Virus record (IMG/VR): IMGVR_UViG_3300035670_000106
Span: 1-64,000 of that record
Reading direction: 5' to 3' (one strand)
DNA length: 64,000 nucleotides
From: a virus
Below are positions 1 through 5,662 of this stretch, one piece after another (the first letter of the stretch is position 1; each line of letters starts with the position of its first letter). The notes under the pieces are model-generated. The model did no database searches, had not been told where the DNA came from, and saw only the letters and a program-made list of their open reading frames with translations. The translations under genes and the position numbers were made by a program.

Positions 1-145
1 TAAAGGCTTTTTTCTGCAGCTAAGTCCTTGATTTTAAAGGCTTTAGCCTGGCTGAATGATAACGATTCTCATTCTAGCGTTAAACGATTTTGAGAATCAT
101 TCTCATCTGAATAGAAATAAAAAGGCCGGCTATTCGCCGGCCTTT
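1..145. repeat. Pre-early intergenic repeat block A (partial): IHF-like site, two Fur-like boxes, terminator
   Basis: 1-127 is identical to 1371-1497 and nearly identical to 3100-3226. Confidence 0.95.
119..145 (-). terminator. Intrinsic terminator
   Basis: Hairpin AAAGGCCGGC-TATTC-GCCGGCCTTT with T-tract on the minus strand, just after the stop at 152. Confidence 0.85.
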
Positions 146-151
146 ACGGTA

Positions 152-319
152 TTAATAAGCATCCTTCGCGTATTCAATTGCCTCTTTGGCAGTTTCAAAA
201 GGTGAAGCTCCTGATTTCCAGTAATCATAATACGCAAAATCAGGCAAATCCTCAGAGAAAAGCCCTATTTCATTAATCAATGCCGTATCAATAAAGCGCA
301 TGAATTCTTCAAAGCTCAT
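152..319 (-). CDS. Small acidic pre-early protein (55 aa)
   Basis: Start moved from 370 to ATG 319, which has a GAGG RBS and lies 2 nt after the stop of the 321-467 ORF. Confidence 0.75.
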   Translation of the reverse strand: MSFEEFMRFIDTALINEIGLFSEDLPDFAYYDYWKSGASPFETAKEAIEYAKDAY

Positions 320-320
320 T

Positions 321-467
321 TTAGAATTCCTCAGTATAATATTGCAATTGGATTCCCGGAATAGTGTCATTCTCTTTTCCGTTTTCTAATCCTGCGGATT
401 CGAGAGTTTCAAATTCTGTGAAGTCCTCCCAAGCCATTTCAAAGACTAAGTCATATTCAACAGTCAT
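321..467 (-). CDS. Very acidic small protein (48 aa, not in ORF track)
   Basis: Manual translation MTVEYDLVFEMAWEDFTEFETLESAGLENGKENDTIPGIQLQYYTEEF; GGAG RBS; fills the operon gap. Confidence 0.7.
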   Translation of the reverse strand: MTVEYDLVFEMAWEDFTEFETLESAGLENGKENDTIPGIQLQYYTEEF

Positions 468-481
468 TTTCTATTCTCCAA

Positions 482-682
482 TTAGGCATCTCGTAATTCA
501 ATAGTAACTTGAAGCCTGCAAAATACAGATTCTTTCATTTTCCAGTCGGTAATCTGTATTACTTCATTAGGTTCAAATAATCCAGTATTTGCCTTTATCC
601 ATTGCTTTGCTTCATAAATAGATTTGAAATCTATTTCTGCTTTATAAATTACGCCAATTTCTCTATAAATACGAGTCGTCAT
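482..682 (-). CDS. Hypothetical pre-early protein
   Basis: ORF with AGGA RBS inside the minus-strand operon. Confidence 0.7.
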   Translation of the reverse strand: MTTRIYREIGVIYKAEIDFKSIYEAKQWIKANTGLFEPNEVIQITDWKMKESVFCRLQVTIELRDA

Positions 683-729
683 TTTCTATTATCCTATGTG
701 CCGGGCAATTGCCCGGCGGTATTAGTTAA

Positions 730-1074
730 TCAAAGAGGCTTTGAATTGGCCAATGCCGTAAAGATTTTGGCCAATGCCGTTTTATTGGCTTTTGCAAGAG
801 ACTCGCATTCGGCCTCGGTAAAGCCGAGAATTGCACCAATTGCATCGGCAACAGCGTCCTTCTTTTGCGGCTTTTCGCCAGTTTTGCTAATATATTCCTT
901 TTTCTGGTAAATGCCCATCCGAGAGAGTTTAGCAACAATAGAGCGAGTAGTTTTTCCGAATTGAACCGCAAACGCTTCAACCGTTTCAGAAGTAGGATTT
1001 GCCAAATAGGCCTTCTCCAATTGGGTAGTCATTTCGTCGGAATAGTTGACGGTTTTAGCAGTAGTGGCAGCCAT
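730..1074 (-). CDS. T5 A2-like DNA-binding pre-early protein (copy 1)
   Basis: HTH-like segment 'KTTRSIVAKLSRMGIYQKKEY' and C-terminal 'ESLAKANKTAL' resemble T5 A2; pre-early context; GGAG RBS. Confidence 0.7.
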   Translation of the reverse strand: MAATTAKTVNYSDEMTTQLEKAYLANPTSETVEAFAVQFGKTTRSIVAKLSRMGIYQKKEYISKTGEKPQKKDAVADAIGAILGFTEAECESLAKANKTALAKIFTALANSKPL

Positions 1075-1145
1075 AATAAATTCTCCAATGAGGCGGGTTG
1101 GGTAGTAGGGGTTTCGTTGCCTCAGTTCGTCACCCCATGAAAAGA

Positions 1146-1174
1146 ATTATACGCGCCCAGGGTACGAAAGGCAA
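1146..1174 (-). promoter_or_regulatory. sigma70 promoter of the A2-like operon
   Basis: TTGCCT-N17-TATAAT on the minus strand. Confidence 0.8.
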
Positions 1175-1510
1175 GAACAATTTTTCAAAATCTTCAATAT
1201 ATATTTCTATCGTTCCCCAGGTCCTGATAGTTTCAGCCTATCGTCGAATCACATCGGCCAGGTTTTGTCAATTAATTTTAACTATCGCAAGCCAGGACAT
1301 GATAGAAAAATTTTTCTATTTACTTTTCGGCAGCAGCCGGGTACGCTAGCGGCGCCTAAGTCCTTGATTTTAAAGGCTTTTTTCTGCAGCTAAGTCCTTG
1401 ATTTTAAAGGCTTTAGCCTGGCTGAATGATAACGATTCTCATTCTAGCGTTAAACGATTTTGAGAATCATTCTCATCTGAATAGAAATAAAAAGGCCTAT
1501 TCGGCCTTTT
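1175..1510. repeat. Intergenic repeat block B: OxyR-like sites, TACGCT promoter, 2 IHF, 2 Fur, terminator
   Basis: IHF-like 1357-1369 and 1391-1403; Fur-like 1425-1443 and 1461-1475; hairpin 1490-1510. Confidence 0.9.
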
Positions 1511-1524
1511 AATTTTGCTTTTAA

Positions 1525-2220
1525 TTAAGCGGGTTTATACAAATCACGCATTACCCATTCTTTCCAATTAAACGCTTTATTAGTCTTTTCTTTCCAATTA
1601 CGTTTATTGACAATTGCAATAAGAATTGGCAATTCAAAATAAATAGCATCTTCTAATGCGGTATGGGGTTCCAATTCATTATTGCCAGTTACAAAGTGGG
1701 CCATTACTTCAGCTTTCGTCTGCATTACAATGTTTCCTGATTCGGTTTTATTGCCAAAATAATGGTTTTGCATTGCAAAAGCCAAATAACTTTTAGTATT
1801 GCAAAACGTATTAACTGCGGTATGCCAGAGGCAAAACTTTTCAGAAAAGATAGTCAAATCAATACCGCTATTTTGACATTTTCCAAAATCAAACGCCAAA
1901 TTATACGCAGTCAAAACCGGATTAAACTTCGCATTAGCTTTTTCAAGCCAGCGATTAATTGCATTAGCAGAAGCAATCATTCGCTGACCGCTTATAATCA
2001 TTTCATTATATTTAGCTTTCTTTTCAATTGCAGCATCTTTTGACCAGTATTCATTCCGAGAATCCCAAAACAATTCGTCATTCATAAAGTCTTTTACAAT
2101 AATAGCGCATTGCGAATGAATAACGCCTTTCTTATCTACAACAATTGCAGCAAAGTCAAAAACTTTATTGCTTTTCGTAGTTTCAGTGTCAATAATAAGG
2201 AAGAATTGTTTTTTAGCCAT
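1525..2220 (-). CDS. DEDDh 3'-5' exonuclease family protein
   Basis: ExoI 'IIDTETT', ExoII 'AYNLAFD', ExoIII 'HTALEDA'. Confidence 0.85.
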   Translation of the reverse strand: MAKKQFFLIIDTETTKSNKVFDFAAIVVDKKGVIHSQCAIIVKDFMNDELFWDSRNEYWSKDAAIEKKAKYNEMIISGQRMIASANAINRWLEKANAKFNPVLTAYNLAFDFGKCQNSGIDLTIFSEKFCLWHTAVNTFCNTKSYLAFAMQNHYFGNKTESGNIVMQTKAEVMAHFVTGNNELEPHTALEDAIYFELPILIAIVNKRNWKEKTNKAFNWKEWVMRDLYKPA

Positions 2221-2280
2221 TTTGTATTGCCTTTCGATTAAAAGTTTATTACCGGAATAAAGGCCCGGAATATCGGCCTA

Positions 2281-2754
2281 TCAATGCCCTTGTTTAGAAG
2301 GAACGTATACACCGCGAATATTAAAATAATCGCAAACCGCTTTTAAATAACTTGTATTATCCTCATAGAATACCGCGTTATTCCAAGCATTACGAAAGTT
2401 CTTAAGATTAAAAAACTTTTTCAATCCGTTAATCTTCAGAATACCGCCAGAAATAGAAGAACCCTCTTTTCTGCTGATGATATGATTGGGCATTCCTAGT
2501 TTGTCAATAATGAATCGCAAATCTTCTTCTCGAATAATTCTAGCAGTTGCAATAATAACATAACATTCAGGATCATTCAAATCAGCCTTATATTGCTCTG
2601 CCATTGGCAAAAGCGAATCAGAATATGCTTTATGCTCATTAGCACGCCAATAATCCAGATCAATTTTAGTACCGCATTCCAGAGTACGATAGCGGTGAAG
2701 GCTATCAACAATAGTACCATCCATATCATAAATTGCAATTCGTTTAATAGCCAT
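2281..2754 (-). CDS. dmp: Deoxynucleoside-5'-monophosphatase (T5 Dmp-like HAD phosphatase)
   Basis: HAD motif I 'YDMDGTIVDSLHR', 'IIATAR', 'FYEDN'; start at ATG 2754 after the repeated GGAG leader. Confidence 0.75.
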   Translation of the reverse strand: MAIKRIAIYDMDGTIVDSLHRYRTLECGTKIDLDYWRANEHKAYSDSLLPMAEQYKADLNDPECYVIIATARIIREEDLRFIIDKLGMPNHIISRKEGSSISGGILKINGLKKFFNLKNFRNAWNNAVFYEDNTSYLKAVCDYFNIRGVYVPSKQGH

Positions 2755-3240
2755 TTCATTTACTCCATAACGTGTTTCAGTGAGAGTCATTATACAGCAT
2801 GGCAGCCAGGATGCAAGAAAAATTTACATCTTTTTTCATTGTATGTTTCTATCGTTCTTCCAGGTCCTGATAGTTTCAGCCTATGAGCTGGCCCATAAAA
2901 AACGCTAGCCATCAATAGTACAAAATAACTATTGACAAGTAATGGATTGGAGAGTATAATTTTGGCGCCTCCAATTGATAACCGTTCTCATTTTGCCCCT
3001 ACCACACCAGCCAGGTTTTGTCAACAGAATAAAAATAAAAATATTTGTTGCATATTACCCGCTACGCGGGTACGCTTTGCGGCGCTAAGTCCTTGATTTT
3101 AAAGGCTTTTTTCCGCAGCTAAGTCCTTGATTCTAAAGGCTTTAGCCTGGCTGAATGATAACGATTCTCATTCTAGCGTTAAACGATTTTGAGAATCATT
3201 CTCATCTGAATAGAAATAAAAAGGCCTATTCGGCCTTTTT
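2755..3240. repeat. Intergenic repeat block C
   Basis: Shared leader and minus-strand promoter; OxyR-like motif; consensus plus-strand promoter 2932-2960; Fur-like 2974, 3154, 3190; IHF-like 3086, 3120; terminator 3219-3240. Confidence 0.9.
2932..2960 (+). promoter_or_regulatory. Perfect-consensus sigma70 promoter facing non-coding DNA
   Basis: TTGACA-N17-TATAAT; identical copy at 4377-4405. Confidence 0.85.
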
Positions 3241-3572
3241 TAATAAACCTGAGCATTAAAATCGTATTTTGTAATTGCTAAGTATTTTTCTCTATAATAT
3301 TGAAAAAACCTTGTATTATGATTGAATGGCAAATCAAGAGTGTCCTGATAGTAGTGTACCAATTCATGCGCTAATGTATGTTTTATATCTTCCAGGGAAT
3401 CAAACCAATTCAAATAGATTGTAATTTCATTATCAAAGTAATCTGCCATGTGCAAAGTGTGCAGTCTTTTTTGTCTAATAGTAATATCGGACAAATCTAG
3501 TTTATTATCAAATAGCTCATAATTAATGTATTCGAGCATACTATACAGAAAAGAATCAGCTACTTTTTTCAT
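3240..3572 (-). CDS. SprT-like zinc metalloprotease
   Basis: HExxH 'LAHELVHY' plus downstream His 'HNTRF'; ATG 3572 overlaps the upstream micro-ORF stop (ATGA). Confidence 0.8.
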   Translation of the reverse strand: MKKVADSFLYSMLEYINYELFDNKLDLSDITIRQKRLHTLHMADYFDNEITIYLNWFDSLEDIKHTLAHELVHYYQDTLDLPFNHNTRFFQYYREKYLAITKYDFNAQVY

Positions 3573-3649
3573 CTCGTCCACCAGTCAATTAATACAAGTG
3601 TAATAATTACAATACCGCAAATAATACCGAGTTCATGTGCGTATAACAT
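3569..3649 (-). CDS. 26-aa single-TM micro-peptide (not in ORF track)
   Basis: MLYAHELGIICGIVIITLVLIDWWTR; overlaps both neighbours; ATGA coupling to the SprT-like gene. Confidence 0.5.
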   Translation of the reverse strand: MLYAHELGIICGIVIITLVLIDWWTR

Positions 3650-3845
3650 AATTCCAAATTCCAATAATGTTAGCAACAAAAAATGTAAGATTCAAAAGTA
3701 AAAGAGGATTATCTTTTACTTTAATTGCAACGTAAAGCCAAGCACCAGAACCAATTAAAAAGAATATATAACCAATTCCAGCAAAAGTCATTGCAACAAG
3801 AAAAGAGCCTATAATGCTTGCAATTGTCCCAATCCACTTCATCAT
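3633..3845 (-). CDS. Small 3-TM membrane protein (PnuC/SemiSWEET-like appearance)
   Basis: Three hydrophobic segments in 70 aa. Confidence 0.7.
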   Translation of the reverse strand: MMKWIGTIASIIGSFLVAMTFAGIGYIFFLIGSGAWLYVAIKVKDNPLLLLNLTFFVANIIGIWNYVIRT

Positions 3846-3973
3846 TTTTTAATCCAATTCAAAAAAGCCGTTACAATAACTTCTAAAGTTGATATTTTAC
3901 GCCTTTTTTCAAAGGTTTGCAAGTACATTTTATAATTATCTAACGCTTTAATCTGTTTCACAGTGTAACTCAT
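3842..3973 (-). CDS. 43-aa basic peptide (not in ORF track)
   Basis: MSYTVKQIKALDNYKMYLQTFEKRRKISTLEVIVTAFLNWIKK; preceded by a fourth, partial copy of the shared leader; ATGA overlap with the next gene. Confidence 0.6.
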   Translation of the reverse strand: MSYTVKQIKALDNYKMYLQTFEKRRKISTLEVIVTAFLNWIKK

Positions 3974-4017
3974 TTCATTTACTTCATAACGTGTTAAAAT
4001 AATTATATGTTTTATAA

Positions 4018-4200
4018 TTATTTTTTAGATACCTGTTCAATAATTACATTAAGATCAGCATATCCTTCAGAAACTTTATTATATGCTTCTTCCGTATTAG
4101 AGGCCTCTACACGAATATTATAATATTCGTATTTGCTGAAACCATTACAGGAGAAGTCGGAAGGAACCGGAAAACCTACACGAGCCACAAATTCAAACAT
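4018..4200 (-). CDS. Hypothetical pre-early protein
   Basis: ATG 4200 follows the shared GGAG leader. Confidence 0.7.
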   Translation of the reverse strand: MFEFVARVGFPVPSDFSCNGFSKYEYYNIRVEASNTEEAYNKVSEGYADLNVIIEQVSKK

Positions 4201-4605
4201 TTCATTTACTCCATAACGTGTTTCCATGTAAGTCATTATATAGCATGGCAGCCAGGATGCAAGAAAAATTTACATCTTTTTTCATTGTATGTTTCTATCG
4301 TTCTCCAGGCCCTGATAGTTTCAGCCTATGAGCTGACCTATAAAAAACGCTCGCCGTCAATAGTACAAAATAACTATTGACAAGTAATGGATTGGAGAGT
4401 ATAATTTTGGCGCCTCCAATAGGGACAGACTATCGCCCCCCTAATCAGACGATAGAAAAATTTATAATTGACGGGTAAATCAAAGGCAGGTACGCTACGC
4501 GGCGCTAAGTGTTTGATTCTAAAGGCTTTTTTCTAAGCCTAAGTCCTTGATTCTAAAGGCAAAAAGCCTGGCACGGTTCCTGCTTTCACAAGAACCATGC
4601 CATTC
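4201..4605. repeat. Intergenic repeat block D
   Basis: 4201-4420 closely repeats 2755-2975; OxyR-like 4419-4466; IHF-like 4506 and 4540; sigma54-like site within hairpin 4569-4602. Confidence 0.9.
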
Positions 4606-4607
4606 AA

Positions 4608-4952
4608 TTACAGAACCAAATTATCCGAATTCAATTTAGATTCTTTTACACAATCAAGAATCTTATTCAATGCCGTTTTATTGGCTTTGCTAATACTCTC
4701 AATTTCAGCTTCCGTAAATCCCAAAAGCATTCCGATTTGATCCGCAATTGCATCCTTTTTAATAGGGGCATTCCCAGTTTTACTAATGTATTCCTTCTTC
4801 TTATATACACCGCTTCTACTCAATTTTGCAACAATAGAGCGAGTAGTTTTAGAAAAGATATTAGCCAAATCTTCTACGCTAGTTCCATTCTGATATTGTT
4901 CGATCAGAGAAGCAGTCATTTCTTCAGTGTAGTTTACAGTTTTTTCAGCCAT
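4608..4952 (-). CDS. T5 A2-like DNA-binding protein (copy 2)
   Basis: Paralog of 730-1074 (KTVNY.EEMT, KTTRSIVAKLSR, KKEYISKTG, LGFTEAE.ES..KANKTAL); likely start MAEKT. Confidence 0.7.
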   Translation of the reverse strand: MAEKTVNYTEEMTASLIEQYQNGTSVEDLANIFSKTTRSIVAKLSRSGVYKKKEYISKTGNAPIKKDAIADQIGMLLGFTEAEIESISKANKTALNKILDCVKESKLNSDNLVL

Positions 4953-4967
4953 TTTAATTCCTTTCAA

Positions 4968-5135
4968 TTACAGAACAAAAGAGATAACAACTTTAATGAA
5001 GTAGGTAAACCGATTGCTATTATCCTTGAAGTATTCTGATTCTTTTGCATTCAGTGCTTCTTCAAAAGAATCATAATCCTGAATAACGGATTCAGTATAC
5101 CCGTCAAATTTAATTACTTCAAAGCGTTTTTCCAT
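4968..5135 (-). CDS. Hypothetical pre-early protein
   Basis: ORF with AAGGA RBS; likely start MEKRF. Confidence 0.6.
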   Translation of the reverse strand: MEKRFEVIKFDGYTESVIQDYDSFEEALNAKESEYFKDNSNRFTYFIKVVISFVL

Positions 5136-5146
5136 TTCATTTCCTT

Positions 5147-5293
5147 TCAATCATATTGAATATCAATAATCGTATTGTTTCGCGTAATTACATAACAACA
5201 AACGCGACCAAAAGTAACCATATACACACCATTACCACGAAATGAAATGTTAATCATTTCATTCGGAAATTTAGCTTTAATCAACTCAGTCAT
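5147..5293 (-). CDS. Hypothetical pre-early protein
   Basis: ATG 5293 follows the shared leader. Confidence 0.65.
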   Translation of the reverse strand: MTELIKAKFPNEMINISFRGNGVYMVTFGRVCCYVITRNNTIIDIQYD

Positions 5294-5490
5294 TTCATTT
5301 ACTCCATAACGTGTTTCCATGTAAGTCATTATACAGCATGGCAGCCAGGATGCAAGAACAATTTACATATTTTTTCATTGTATGTTTCTATCGTTCTCCA
5401 GGTCCTGATAGTTAAAAACTAAACTTGCACACAAGCAAGAACTATGCCAACTGGGGCGGTTATCAGACTGAGAATCATTCGCATTACCAG
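5294..5490. repeat. Intergenic repeat block E
   Basis: Shared leader and promoter (5328-5355), OxyR-like 5377-5422, sigma54-like 5434-5450, Fur-like 5469-5483. Confidence 0.85.
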
Positions 5491-5510
5491 TGGCCCCACC
5501 GCGCGCGATA

Positions 5511-5580
5511 AATTAGAAATTCTATGGAAGCCAGATAGGTGTATAATTAGAAATTCTATGGTAGGTGTATTCTATGGAAG
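5511..5580. repeat. Short direct repeats at the pre-early/late junction
   Basis: AATTAGAAATTCTATGG x2, TAGGTGTAT x2, TTCTATGG x3. Confidence 0.85.
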
Positions 5581-5602
5581 ATTAGCATCAAAATTTTTAA
5601 AC

Positions 5603-5631
5603 TTGACTTAAGCTACCCATCATGTTATAAT
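5603..5631 (+). promoter_or_regulatory. Late sigma70 promoter (terminase operon)
   Basis: TTGACT-N17-TATAAT with extended TG and an A/T-rich UP element. Confidence 0.85.
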
Positions 5632-5662
5632 AGATACATCCTAACAAAATTGTATTTATATT

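Noticed and set aside
700-717. Perfect palindrome GCCGGGCAATTGCCCGGC
   Set aside because: Single intra-operon hairpin without a U-tract; most simply an mRNA stability element
1108-1126. Hammerhead-like CUGA...GAAAC core in the A2-like leader
   Set aside because: No CUGAnGA consensus and no stem II
2755-5329. Shared N-terminal peptide 'MT(L/Y)(T/M)ETRYGVNE' in three ORF-track proteins
   Set aside because: The upstream ATG overlaps the -10 box; this is the repeated untranslated leader, and the real starts follow the GGAG RBS
5425-5438. FNR-like site TTGCA-N4-AGCAA
   Set aside because: Too many mismatches to TTGAT-N4-ATCAA, single copy, and overlaps the better sigma54 match
1-5490. CRISPR array or integron attC array
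   Set aside because: Repeats are 130-480 bp, irregularly spaced and flank multi-gene operons; there are no constant repeat-spacer units, attC core sites, cas genes or integrase
1351-5508. GCGC motifs as T5-type single-strand nick sites
   Set aside because: Too short to support, and better explained as promoter discriminators; nick mapping would be needed
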